From: the human T2T-CHM13v2.0 reference genome, Homo sapiens
Assembly: GCF_009914755.1 (NCBI RefSeq)
Contig: NC_060935.1
Strand: one strand, 5' to 3'
Length of the DNA stretch: 64,000 nt
A program made the translations under genes and the position numbers. Shown one piece after another: positions 26,090 to 45,768 of the stretch (its first letter is position 1; each line of letters opens with the position of its first letter). The notes under the pieces were generated by a model, which did no database searches, was not told the DNA's origin, and worked only from the letters and a program-made list of their open reading frames with translations.

Positions 26090-28060
26090 GCTCTCCGCAG
26101 TCGGGCCCCGCCCCACACGTGCTGGAGAAGGAGGAGGAAGGACCCAGCTTAAATGTTGGGGGTGGAGGAGGAGGAAAACCAAGTCGGAGCCTCCAGGAGC
26201 CAAACTTCTCGGCAGCCCGGAGGGGCGGGGGCGGAGAGGATGAAGAGAAAGCGCAGCAGCCGACAGCCCTGATTCTCGGGAGCCTCCCACCCCGCCTCCC
26301 ACGGCGAGGAGGGCGCGGAGACTCCGCTGGGGGCGGAGGACGAGACCGGGAGGCGGGGAGGGGGGAGGCAAACCCTGCCCACTCGGCTCGGAGCCCGGAG
26401 CGGCCGCGGAAGCCGGAGGCCGGCGCGCAGGGCGAGGGCACCGGGGGCGGGGGGCTCCGCTCCCCGTCTGACCCCTCTTGCCCCCGGCCAGTCAGCCAGT
26501 AAGTGCGGCTCCTCAGACTTTCGAGACAGCGAACGGACCGACCGGGACTGCCAGCCGCTCCGGGTCAAGGACTCGCCCCACCCGTGCCCCCCACCAGGCG
26601 CTCCCAACTCACTGGTGAGCGCGGCGGCCCGGGCGCTGGATGCGGGGGCGGCCGCGATGGCCCCGCGCGCGGGACAGCCGGGGCTCCAGGGGCTGCTGCT
26701 CGTGGCGGCGGCGCTGAGCCAGCCCGCGGCACCCTGCCCCTTCCAGTGCTACTGCTTCGGCGGCCCCAAGCTGCTGCTGCGCTGCGCGTCGGGAGCCGAG
26801 CTCCGCCAGCCTCCGCGGGACGTGCCGCCCGACGCGCGCAACCTCACCATCGTAGGCGCCAACCTGACGGTGCTGCGCGCGGCCGCCTTCGCCGGCGGGG
26901 ACGGGGACGGCGACCAGGCGGCGGGCGTGCGCCTGCCGCTCCTGAGCGCGCTGCGCCTCACGCACAACCACATCGAGGTGGTGGAGGACGGCGCCTTCGA
27001 CGGGCTGCCCAGCCTGGCGGCGCTCGACCTCAGCCACAACCCGCTGCGCGCCCTGGGCGGCGGCGCCTTCCGCGGGCTGCCCGCGCTGCGCTCGCTGCAG
27101 CTCAACCACGCGCTGGTGCGCGGCGGCCCCGCGCTGCTGGCCGCGCTGGACGCTGCGCTGGCACCGCTGGCCGAGCTTCGCCTGCTGGGCCTAGCGGGCA
27201 ACGCGCTGAGCCGTCTGCCGCCAGCCGCCCTGCGCCTGGCGCGCCTGGAGCAGCTGGACGTGCGCCTCAACGCGCTGGCCGGCCTGGACCCCGACGAGCT
27301 GCGCGCGCTGGAGCGCGATGGCGGCCTCCCCGGGCCGCGCCTGCTGCTCGCCGACAACCCCCTGCGCTGCGGCTGTGCCGCACGCCCCCTGCTGGCCTGG
27401 CTGCGCAACGCCACGGAGCGCGTGCCCGACTCGCGGCGCCTGCGCTGCGCCGCCCCGCGGGCGCTGCTAGACCGGCCGCTACTGGACCTGGACGGGGCGC
27501 GGCTTCGCTGCGCGGACAGCGGCGCCGACGCTCGCGGAGAGGAGGCGGAGGCCGCCGGCCCGGAGCTGGAAGCCTCCTACGTGTTCTTCGGGCTGGTGCT
27601 GGCACTCATCGGCCTCATCTTCCTCATGGTGCTCTACCTAAACCGCCGCGGCATCCAGCGCTGGATGCGCAACCTGCGCGAGGCGTGCCGGGACCAGATG
27701 GAGGGCTACCACTACCGCTACGAGCAGGACGCCGACCCGCGCCGCGCGCCCGCGCCCGCCGCGCCCGCGGGCTCCCGCGCCACCTCCCCGGGCTCGGGGC
27801 TCTGAGCGGCGCCCCCGGGCTCGGGGCTTCCCTTGCCTGGCCCGAAGCCGTGGAGATGAGACACCCGCGAGCCCCGAGCTCTGAGACCTTCCCCTGACTC
27901 GGAGGCGCTAAGCCGTACCCTCTCGTTCCCGCCTCCGAGAGCTCCCACCGTCAAAGACCCAGAGATAGCCGGTCCGAATCCAGAAACCCCGCCTGCCCAC
28001 CCTAGTTTCCGAAACCTCCCTCCTGAACCACTGAAAGTCCGTTCCCCGTCTCGGAGCTCA
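26090..28060. promoter_or_regulatory. CpG island covering TPBGL promoter and CDS, with GC boxes
   Basis: Very high GC and CpG density against CpG-depleted flanks; GGGGCGGGG/CCCCGCCCC boxes near 26105, 26222 and 26445. Confidence 0.9.
26657..27805 (+). CDS. TPBGL: Trophoblast glycoprotein-like (5T4/TPBG paralogue), 382 aa, single coding exon
   Basis: ATG at 26657 in strong Kozak context (gccgcgATGg). Protein has a signal peptide, LRRNT (CPFQCYC...C), LxxLxLxxN repeats, LRRCT (NPLRCGC), a TM helix (YVFFGLVLALIGLIFLMVLYL) and a TPBG-type tail (NRRGIQRWMRNLREACRDQMEGYHYRYE). TGA at 27803-27805. The ORF-track start at 26615 is a GTG. Confidence 0.97.
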   Translation: MAPRAGQPGLQGLLLVAAALSQPAAPCPFQCYCFGGPKLLLRCASGAELRQPPRDVPPDARNLTIVGANLTVLRAAAFAGGDGDGDQAAGVRLPLLSALRLTHNHIEVVEDGAFDGLPSLAALDLSHNPLRALGGGAFRGLPALRSLQLNHALVRGGPALLAALDAALAPLAELRLLGLAGNALSRLPPAALRLARLEQLDVRLNALAGLDPDELRALERDGGLPGPRLLLADNPLRCGCAARPLLAWLRNATERVPDSRRLRCAAPRALLDRPLLDLDGARLRCADSGADARGEEAEAAGPELEASYVFFGLVLALIGLIFLMVLYLNRRGIQRWMRNLREACRDQMEGYHYRYEQDADPRRAPAPAAPAGSRATSPGSGL

Positions 28061-29310
28061 CACAGAGAATCTGTCCTTCAAGGCCAAAGCTCTGAGACTT
28101 GCCCCCAGCACCCTGTGCTTGGAGCTCCGACACCCGAGACTGCACTGACCTCCCTCGCCAGCTCGGAGCCCTCAGTCCCCTCCGGGGCTTGAGGGCCCTT
28201 CCATCCCATTCTGGACTCGAAGCACAGCACCCCCATCAGAATGGTTTTGTGGATTTTGAGCCCTTTGTCCCATCCCAGAGCTCAGAGCCCTCCATCCTGC
28301 ATGGAGGCCCAACCCTGGGGCTCTGAGGATTGGGCACCCTCCCCTCATCTAAGAATATATTTCATACCCCTGCCCCCCCTTCACCCACCCCCGCCTCTGG
28401 CTCAGGCCCTTCCCTTCCTCGGCTCAGGCATGGGGCTCAGCTCCTAGTCTGTCCCTCCCATCCCAGGGACAAGCACAGCCCATCTAGCCTTAGTGTGGAG
28501 CCAACTCTCAGCCTTTCCCACCAGGGCGCTGACCTCCCGATACTCAGTGCTGGTCCCCAGTCTCAGACTCTCAGCTCTTCACCCCGATCTGACTTTCGTC
28601 CTCCTGCCCAAGCCTTTGGCTCTTGACCCCCCCCCCATACCCAATGCTGGCACTCAGCACCCACCCCTGCCATTCACTAGTCAAGGTCCAGTGAGGAATC
28701 CGTCCCTGGGATGTCCTCATCCCCTTTTCGTCCCAGGACGAGCTCTTCAGTCCTGCCGGATAGGTGCAGGTGCCATGCACCCCTAGTGCATACTGGCAGA
28801 TCCTTGTAGGGAAGGAGAGAGTCTTGGGTGTGTGAAAGGGATAGTGGGGCATCGTGGCCTCAGAGAGGGGCAGGAAGTGGGGTCTGAAGGGCTGGAAGTT
28901 GCTGCCCTTCGATTTCTCTATGCTCTCTCCCACCCCTGTGGCTCTTCGCCCTTGGGGATTCCTTGCCACCACCGCTACCACCACCACCTCACCCCGTGTA
29001 TCTTCTGAAAGAGAAGTAGGTCTTTCCTCCTGCCTCAGGCACAAGCCCTCCTGGTTCAGGGTCAGAAGCTCAGCACCTTGCCTTCTCCATGATCCCAAAG
29101 CACAATTGGTGAGTGGGGGAGAGGACCCCCTCTCCCTGACTCCCCACCCTCTAGATCAGGCAGAATGGCTGGCCTGTGCTGCGTCTGCACACAGGAAGTC
29201 ACCTTCCTTTAATATATTGGCTTGAGGCCTGCCTGCCCTCCCCATACCCAGAAAATCTGGATCTCCCTTGAGCAGTTTTCTATAAAGTCTGCAATAATCT
29301 CAGATACTCT
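27806..29310 (+). other. TPBGL: Probable TPBGL 3' UTR; variant poly(A) signal TATAAA at 29281-29286
   Basis: Unique sequence after the stop. No AATAAA seen. TATAAA is followed ~30 nt later by GU-rich sequence (cttgttagtggtgccgt). End position approximate. Confidence 0.5.
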
Positions 29311-30409
29311 ACTCTTGTTAGTGGTGCCGTATCATTCCTGCTGACCTTGGAGTACTGATGGGGGTGGGAGGGGACTCTTGGGAGGGCATTTTGGACTTCT
29401 TTTTGGTGGGGCAGTGACCCTTGATGCGTTCTCCCAGACTGTGGGAGGAGAAATGGGTTCTGATTGCACATAGCAGGATTAAGGTTAGATACATGGAGGG
29501 ACTTCCCATTGGGATGACATTGTTCCCCAAGCCAGCCTGCTTTCTATCATCGGAGGAGGGGTTATGCACAGCCAAAGTGGGATTCGACACTTCCTCTACA
29601 TCCTCTTCCCTCCCGTTCCTCATCTTCAGGATGGGGATGGAGTTAGACTAAGAAACATTAGCCTCAGCCAAGACCATCCGGGAGGAAATCCAGCTACAGA
29701 GAATGAGGAGTTAATTCAGACAGGAAAGAGGGATTGTTTGCTGCTTTGGGATCATCCCCTCTAATGAATTATTATCTGATACTCCTTTATGTCCTGTGTC
29801 ACTTCACACTCTCCTGGCCAGAGGGTAAGACCTGCGTGTTGGGTATGTGAGAGGCTGCGTGTGGGGAGTGTGGATGAAATGACTCCTTGAGATATGTGAA
29901 GCCAGGGGACCGGAGGGCCAGGAGGGCCTCCAGGTCCCCAGGCTGGATTGTTTTGCATTCAGGGTCACAGAGCCCTAGAACCATAGGGCAGAAGCCTAGA
30001 ATTCTGGCATTTTCTAATTTCAGGGCCACATAATTCTAGAATGTGTGCCTTCTAACTATTGAAAAGGACTGCAGAGGTAATGTGGGAAGCCTCCTAAGCT
30101 GTCTCAACAGGAGGCATCATCTCGTGATGGGAGGCTCCCTCCCTCCCTTCCTTTCAGTGTCTGAGGAGCCTGCCTGGGACTCTGACAGCCCCAGCTTTGC
30201 CATGGGGCCAGGAGCACCCCTCAGCCCAGGACAGCTCTTCACAAGTCAGAGACCGTGCATGGGGCTCCTTGTCTTTTCCCGGCACGCTCTCTACCCCTTC
30301 TCCAAGTCATTCCTCATGAGAAAGTATTAAGTCCTCTTGACACATTCCCCTCTGTCAATGACCTCCAAAGGGTGCCCCGCAGTCCCCCAGGACAATATAG
30401 TGATGGTCT

Positions 30410-30688
30410 CTCTAACGCAAGTTAGAGCTTGTTAGTTGATTTTTGATAACTATTGATTTAATACTTAGTTTAGCAGTAGCTCTCATAAAACCTCAAAGAT
30501 TTTTGCTGACAACCCATAGCTAATTGCAGTTTCACTTGCCAGGACTTACTGTAGTCTTAAGCTACATTAGCAGAGAGCATGTCCTTGGAACTGAGGAGGT
30601 GATCTGTAAATCTGTAGATCTCTCCAGTTCCAACGATGTATGTGAGAGCTACTGCTAAGTATCAAATCAATAGTCATCAAAAATCAAC
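30410..30688. repeat. Unclassified palindromic / multi-hairpin element (possible ancient MITE-like repeat)
   Basis: Inverted arms 30435-30485 and 30643-30688 (44/46 match plus a 5-nt insertion), inner hairpin 30585-30633, GNRA hairpin 30410-30427. Confidence 0.8.
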
Positions 30689-33092
30689 AAATTGAGTGTC
30701 TACTGTGTGCCAGTTGGTGTTTAACGTTAGTACCATTCACTGATCCCCATTAAATGTCTTTTCTGGGCTGCCATCCTCCTTGCTGTCTGTCAGTGGCCTA
30801 TAGCCTTATGGGGCTATCAAGGTTCAGGGCCGCCAGCTTCACCTCTTCTACAAACCCAGCCATTCACTCAGCCCTTACTGAATGCAACTCTGCCAGTCCT
30901 AGAAAAGCTAACAATCCAGGGAAGGAATCACATTTAATCAAGATCTGGAGAAAAGAAATCCCAGGAAATAATGAGAGCTCAGAGTAAGAGCCCTGACCCC
31001 ACCTAGACAGACTTCTTAGAGGAAGTCACATTTGAACTGGGTTTTGACGGATGAGTAGAAGTTTGCTGAACAGAGAAAGATCAGAAGTACCAACTTCTGC
31101 AAAGGTCTGGAGGCAGGAAGATCTCATTAGCCTGAGGATTGAAGGCCAGCAATGGCTGGGGGTAGGTAGGAGGATGCGTATGGGGTAGAATGGATCTACT
31201 ACATTCACCACATTCTCCACTGGGAAGCGCTAGAGGGACCTCTGCCCTTGAAGGAAGAGTCAGGAAGGTAGAGAGGTGTGATGGGGGCACAGGCAACTGC
31301 ACTGTGCCTCCTGCTTGTAAAGCCTGGTTGTTCCTTCCTTCTGCCCATCCTTTTTGTGCCTGGCCTCATGCTGGGCACTGGAGACACAGAGAGGAATCAA
31401 ACCAACACCATGGCCAGATGAGGGCAGTGAGAGAAGGGAAGGGGAGGGGAGCCCGGAGAAGCCTTGCAGTAAAAAGTGAGATGGAGCAGCCGACTGGCCC
31501 TGCCCAGACTCCCTGACACCATCCACTCCAGACTCTTTCTCAGAAGTGCCAGGACCCCACTAAATGGCCAGCCTCCTCCTCTGATCACACACTGGGAGTG
31601 CTGTTGGAGTGTGAGGTGAGCAGAGGCCCAGAGGCCTGGGGCCTGCCTGCAGAAGCCAAATGACAGAGGAAGAAATCTACCTCTAGGATGTCCCCTTAAG
31701 GAGCAGGCATGGTAAAGAACAGGAGAGGAGAGGACAGGTGTGTATGACTGTCAGAAACGTGGGAGATGTGAAGCCAGCTGCACACCTGGAGAAATGTGGC
31801 AGACTTCCCAGGTTCTGTGACCTCAAAAACACTGTGAAATTGCCTTTCAAAGACGTCTCCTTGAGAAGCCTTTTGCTTCCAAGCCCCCTCACCTACTCAC
31901 ACCCTCAGACCTGGGCTGGGAACCAGGGAGGACCTAGCTAGAGTCGAGAGGACTGGGTTTGAGTCTGAACTCAGCACCTGACTTGTCATGTCACCTAGTC
32001 CTTAGCCAGAAATACCAGTTGAGACCCTACTATGTGCCAGGGTCTGGGGATTCAGCAGTGACCACAGCAGAACCAGCCCCTGCCTTCCTGGCCCAGCCTG
32101 ACACTGTGGCCTCGGACACCCCTGCCTGCCTCTGGCTCCGGGTTCCTTCTGTCCAGGCTGGGGCTGGACTTGTGACCTCTAAAGGCACTGCCTGCTCTCC
32201 CTGAAGTCCATCTCCTTCTTCATTAAGCCGCTGCCTGGCAGACTCTCGGCCCTAATTTATGGGTATGGCCTTTCCCAGACTGGGAGAAGTGACGGGGGCA
32301 GTTAATATTCCTGTGCTAATAATACACTTGGCTGCCTTCTGAGTCCCCCCTCCACCCTTCACCCCTGCCTCACCACCCCCACCTGCTTCCCTCAGCACTG
32401 TCACAGGGCGATTTGCCAGGAGCTGGCCAGGCCCATGCAGACCCTCAACTAACCCTTCATTGGATGGGTGGGGAAACTGAGGCCAAGAGTATGCAGGAGC
32501 TCGTCCAGGTCACACAGATTGTCAGGAGCAGATCCCGAGCCCAGGATGCCCCAGGGCTACCCCTGCTCTGCCCTGGGTCTGAGCGTCTGGCAGAGCCACC
32601 CCGCCTCCTAACTTGCTATCTCCACCCTGTCAGTGCATCCAGGAGCCAGTCCCAAGCCTGAGGTAGCCTGAAGATGAAAATAAGAAAGTGAGCCGTAGAG
32701 GGTTGGAAGGACTCTTCAGCCTCTGTCAGCGGCTCCGGACAGGCCTCAGGAGCCCCATGCCAGCATCTTGCAGGCAGCGGCCCTGCTGGGAGTTATGTCT
32801 CCCCTCCCTGAGAGGAGAAAGGGGCTTGTCTGGACCTCCAGGCTCTGAGGTCCCAGGCATTAAACTCATTCTTCCTGAGCTTCTATCATCTGAGCATGAG
32901 GCTCACCTGGATGAACCAGATCCTGCTCCTGTTCTCGATCAAGATGGTGACCACACACACAGGACACTGTGATCATGGAAGCACAGGGATCCCAGGGAGG
33001 CCCCTAACTTAGGGGATCATCCAAGCTGGCAAACTCGGGAGTGAAAGGGGCCACTATTAATCATTACATTGGAGCAAGAATAAACTAGGACT

Positions 33093-33390
33093 GGCTGGGT
33101 GCAGTGGCTCACGCCTGTAATCCTAGCATTTTGGGAGGCCGAGGTGGGTGGATCACCTGAGGTCCGGAGTTCAAGACCAGCCTGACCAACATGGTGAAAC
33201 CCCGTCTTTACTAAAAATACAAAAAATTAGCTGGGCGTGGTGGCACATGCCCACTCGGGAGGCTGAGGCAAGAGAATCGCTTGAACCCTGGAGGGGAGGT
33301 TGCAGTGAGCCGAGATTGTGCCATTGCACTCTAGCCTGAGCAACAAGAGCAAAAGTCTGTCTCAAAAAAAAAGAAGAAGAAGAAGAAGAA
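33093..33390 (+). mobile_element. AluS with (GAA)n tail
   Basis: TSD aactaggact. Confidence 0.92.
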
Positions 33391-34115
33391 CTAGGACTGT
33401 ACCAAGATGCTGGGCCCTGGACTTCAATGACTTTTGACAAGACCTGGAGAGAAAAGAAAAAGTACTAGACTGCTAGACAAGACCAGCAAATCTACCAGCA
33501 ATAAATAACTAATACACTCCCCTTCTTTGAACCCTATTTTCCAGCTGCACCAAACTATGGGGATGTTAGTAATAGGGCCCAGCTCTTCCATGCCCTGTGC
33601 CTTTGCTCACACAGTACCCTCTGTCTAGGATGCCTTCCCCAACACAGGGAGCACTCAAGACAGCCCAGGAGTCCCCCAGTCTTTATGACCCCGCTGTCTT
33701 TCTCCTACTGCTGTACCACCCAGAGCTTTCTTTCTACGGACTGGTTTCCTTGCCTCTTGTCTGCACCAGACCAGAAGCTCCCACAGGACAGAGGCCAGAC
33801 CCAGTCACTTTAAGTCCCCAGTCAGGGTGCACAGAGATTTGTGAACGCTCTCCCAGCCCCTGCCCCCACAGAAATACAAAACACAGAGGAAGAAGCATCA
33901 CGCAGGACTCTGTGGCCTACCCCTCTGCACGTTGAATGGGTGCTTCCTTTGACTCCCACAACCCCCCCATCATTAAACTGGGGTTTCGATTATATAAGAT
34001 CCCAGGATGGCTGACTCCGTTGTCTACAAAGTGAGCGAGCAGAAAGAAAATGCAGTTTTAGAATATGTGGTCATGCAAAACACAATTTAGTCTTAGCCTC
34101 TTAACTTTGGCACTG

Positions 34116-34279
34116 ATTTATTTGTTTATTTATTTATGAGGTCGGCCTCTGTCACCCAGGCTGGGAATGCAGTGGCGTTATCATAGCTCACTGTAACCTT
34201 GTACTGCTGGGCTCAAGCAGTCCTCCCGTCTCAACCTCATAAAGTGCTGGGATTACAGGCATGAGCCACCGCGCCTGGC
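34116..34279 (-). mobile_element. Alu monomer (FAM/FRAM-like)
   Basis: Short reverse Alu monomer. Confidence 0.75.
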
Positions 34280-34399
34280 TAACTTTGGCTTTTTAATACA
34301 ATTACAACTTCTGGCCCTGCGTTTGGGATCTTTGTCCAGGGCTCTGTTTGGGCAGCCCCTGCTACTGGCTTAGTCTTGGTTCCTCCCCACAGGGAGCTG

Positions 34400-34479
34400 C
34401 AGCGACATCTATTGGCCGATCCGTGTGGGAGCCGAGTCAGCTTTAACTTTTCTTGGTATACATGCGTCATCTGCTGGTG
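34400..34479 (-). promoter_or_regulatory. Two tandem CTCF-like motifs
   Basis: − strand GGCCAATAGATGTCGCTG (34400-34417) and CCAGCAGATGACGC (34464-34477) vs core CCASYAGRKGGCRS. Confidence 0.55.
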
Positions 34480-34593
34480 GAGATGGGAAAGTGCCTTTCT
34501 TCGTTCAGTCAACAATCCAACAAGTATGTAAGTGCCTGCTGTGTGCCAAGCACTGTGCTAGGAAGATGAGGATACAATTTTAAAGAAAACTAG

Positions 34594-34952
<359 letters not shown>

Positions 34953-35667
34953 CTAACACATACAGAATTTACTATGTGCCAGAGATTGTTCTAGGTACTT
35001 TATATATATTAATCCATCTTGTCCTGATGACAATTCTGTGAAGCAGTTATTCTTATTCCTACTTCACAAATGAGGAAACTAAGGCACGTAGAGATGAATA
35101 ATTTGCTCAAGATCACACTCCTAATAAGAGGCCAAGTTAGGCTTAGAACTCAGGCTCTGCTCCAGAGCCCTCTTCTTATTTAGACCATAAACAAGCACGA
35201 TACTTATGAGGGAAATAAGCAGGGTAATGTGAGAGTGAGTGACAAGGAGAGGTCTCCTTTGAGTGGGGTAAGTCATGAAAGACCCCTCTGAGGGCGACCT
35301 ACCCTGAAGAATGGGAAGGAACAAGCTATGCAGAGAATCTAGGAAAAGTTAATCCAGGCAGAAGCAGCAGCGAGCACAAAGGTGCTGAGACCAAATACTC
35401 AAACATCAGGTGGAAGGCAAGTTCTGGCCACTCTACTCCTACACCTCCCCACACTGTCCTTAGACTCATTCCCCACCTGGTCGCAGCTTGGACTTCTCTC
35501 ATCTGCATCCCTGCCCCAGCTTCCTCCCTGTTCCCCCAGCCTGCAGCCCCCCTCTCTGGTCCCACACTGCAGCCCACACTGCAGTGAAAATGCGTGAATC
35601 TGATCCCTCTCCTTACTCTGCCTAAAACCTGTCCCACTGTCTTCTGGATAAAAACAAAGATCTTTGA

Positions 35668-35820
35668 GGCCAGGTGCAGTGAGTGGCTCACACATGTAAT
35701 CCCAACACTTTGGGAGACTGAAGCAGAAGGATCAGAGGACAGGTGTTGGAGACCAGGCTAGGCGATATAGCAAGAACTCATCTCTACAAAAAACAAACAA
35801 ACAAACAAACAAACAAAAAG
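35668..35820 (+). mobile_element. FLAM / Alu left monomer
   Basis: Monomer with (AAAC)n tail. Confidence 0.75.
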
Positions 35821-36048
35821 CTTTTTTTTTTTTTTAACTGATTATCTGTAACTTCCACCCACTAATCAAATCTCCTGCCAGCTTTTCCAGCTCCCTTCAC
35901 TCTTGTCACTCCAATGTGGTTATAGTTGCCTGAAGGCCCCAGCTTGTCTCACCCTGAGCCTCCCTGTGTGCTGTTTCTTCTACCTGGAAGGTCTGTAGCC
36001 CCTCCTTGCCTACCTAATTCCCTTTTTACCCTTAAAAACTCAGTTCAA

Positions 36049-36352
36049 GACCAGGTGGGGTGGCTCACACCTGTAATCCCAGCACTTTGGGAGGCCGAGG
36101 TGAGCGGATCATCTAAGGTCAGGAGTTCGAGACCAGCCTGGCCAACATGGTGAAACCCCGACTCTACTAAAAATACAAAAATTGGCTGGGCATGGTGGGT
36201 GTGTGCCTGTAGTCCCAGCTACTCAGCAGAAGAATCACTTGAACCCGGGAGGTGGAGGTTGCAGTGAGCAGAGATTGTGCCACTGCACTCCATCCTGGGC
36301 TACAGAGTGAGACTCCGTCTCAAAAAACAAAAAACAAATAACAAAAAACAAA
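36049..36352 (+). mobile_element. AluS
   Basis: TSD aaaaactcagttcaag. Confidence 0.92.
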
Positions 36353-36556
36353 AACTCAGTTCAAGCATTTCGTCCTCTTGGAAGCTGCCTATTTCTCATC
36401 TTGGCCACTCTGGCTAAATGTGAGACCTCTCCTTAGGTGCTCTCATGGCACGCTGTGACTACACAACAGGCCCCCTCTGCAATACTCCTCATCAGCAATT
36501 CCAAACCTTTAGCATCATGCCTTATCCCCCAATTAATCTGTAAGCAATTTGACTGA

Positions 36557-36970
<414 letters not shown>

Positions 36971-36984
36971 TAAATTGCTCCATT

Positions 36985-43240
<6,256 letters not shown>

Positions 43241-43896
43241 GTTTCTTTTGATTTGCTGGAGTTTAAAAAAGCTAGGAGAAATGAAGCTCCAAAGCACAGT
43301 GAAGACAGTGATAGTGGCATTAAGGTTGAAAGCTATGAGAAAACAGCAAATATCTCTCCCTTGTTTGGAATCCTGTTCAGATGTCAAAGCATTCCTTCCA
43401 AATTGTGGTAACCAGGCCAACATAACTACTTCTACTTTTTGGATGAGAACACTAAGGAAGAGCTTGCCATTTGCCTGTTTGATCTCAGATCAAATCCCTT
43501 GACCTTCTCTTGCTCTGTATTGTCAGGCCCTGACCATTGCAAACTACATTTTCATATTTCTTGAAAATCAGCTTTTAATTAGATTCTGCCAATAGGAGGC
43601 TCTGGCTTAAATTTGGAGGACAGGAGGAGAGAAGAAGCCAGAGCATGTCTCCAGTCTCTCTGCTTTGGGCAGCATTCCCAGCAAGGGTGATGTTTCCTCT
43701 GTGCTTCTGGCTTTCGTAGATACCCTCTTCCCCAATGTTCCTGCTAGGCTGCCCTGGTTCCTCAGCTCCTCTCCTTGTCCCTCCACCCTAGGGGTAGTAA
43801 TGGTCTCCTATTGTCCCACATCTTTGGGTGGTCTCAAACCCCATTTGCACTTTCATCTCATCCAACATTTTAATAAACATTTCCCCAATTAAATTT

Positions 43897-44330
<434 letters not shown>

Positions 44331-44532
44331 ATTAAATTCCTGCTGCAGGGATAGACTGCTTATCTGGACTCAGACTGACACAGTCCATATGCGAGGGCAG
44401 CTGAACAAAAGCTGTAGCTCAAGTCTCCTGATTCAAATGTCAGTGTCTTCCCACTGCCCTACTCTGGCTGGAAGGGAACATCAGAGGAAAAGACTCCTTT
44501 CTGGGCAACCAGGAGGGCAATGTTCTGATCTA

Positions 44533-45174
<642 letters not shown>

Positions 45175-45747
45175 TTATATGCATGGGCGTCTTCCTTTTG
45201 TGTTAATACAGTACATTATCTATTAGAACATCGACTCTTCCTCACTGATATCCTTACTCCTCCCATATGTTCTGTTAGACCAGGTGGCACATAAGTCTTT
45301 GAAAACTGAAGTGACTTCAGGAAGACCCAGCAGGGCAGGAGATAAGAAGTGAACAAGAACCAGGGCTGGGGCTGGGGTGAGGACTCCCACTGATGTGGTC
45401 AGTGGTGCCAAAGATAGAAGATAGGATGGCTTCACCCCAGGAGCAAACCATGGGTCACAAAATCCTGTGGTATCTGAGAGGGATGAGAGGTATGCCAGCT
45501 TCCCAAGGCCATAAGGCTGAAAAGTGGCAGAAGAGGGACAGGAGAAAAGTTTTTGGCAGTCTCCAGAAGTTGGTACAAGGACCAGGCTGGAGCTGGGGCC
45601 ACAGACAAGGGAAGAGAGCACCTCACCCAGTCATGAGCCCCATCTGCCAGTCCAGGGCAGCAGGGAGGCATTTCTTGGTCTTTGACCTGCCATGGGCTTA
45701 TGAGACAGAAATGAAAGCACAGCCAGCATCCTCTGCCACAAAAGACC

Positions 45748-45768
45748 TTTAATGGCCTCCTATTTATT
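45748..45768 (-). terminator. Tandem poly(A) signals AATAAA (45763-45768) and ATTAAA (45748-45753) for ARRB1
   Basis: + strand tttatt and tttaat; U/GU-rich sequence follows on the − strand. Confidence 0.75.

Noticed and set aside
26503-27897. 464-aa alternative-frame ORF and several antisense ORFs over TPBGL
   Set aside because: GTG start and low-complexity Arg/Ala/Gly/Pro composition; expected from stop-codon scarcity in a very GC-rich CDS
45276-45292. CTCF-like AGACCAGGTGGCAC past the ARRB1 3' end
   Set aside because: Lacks the CC at the core start; within chance for 64 kb
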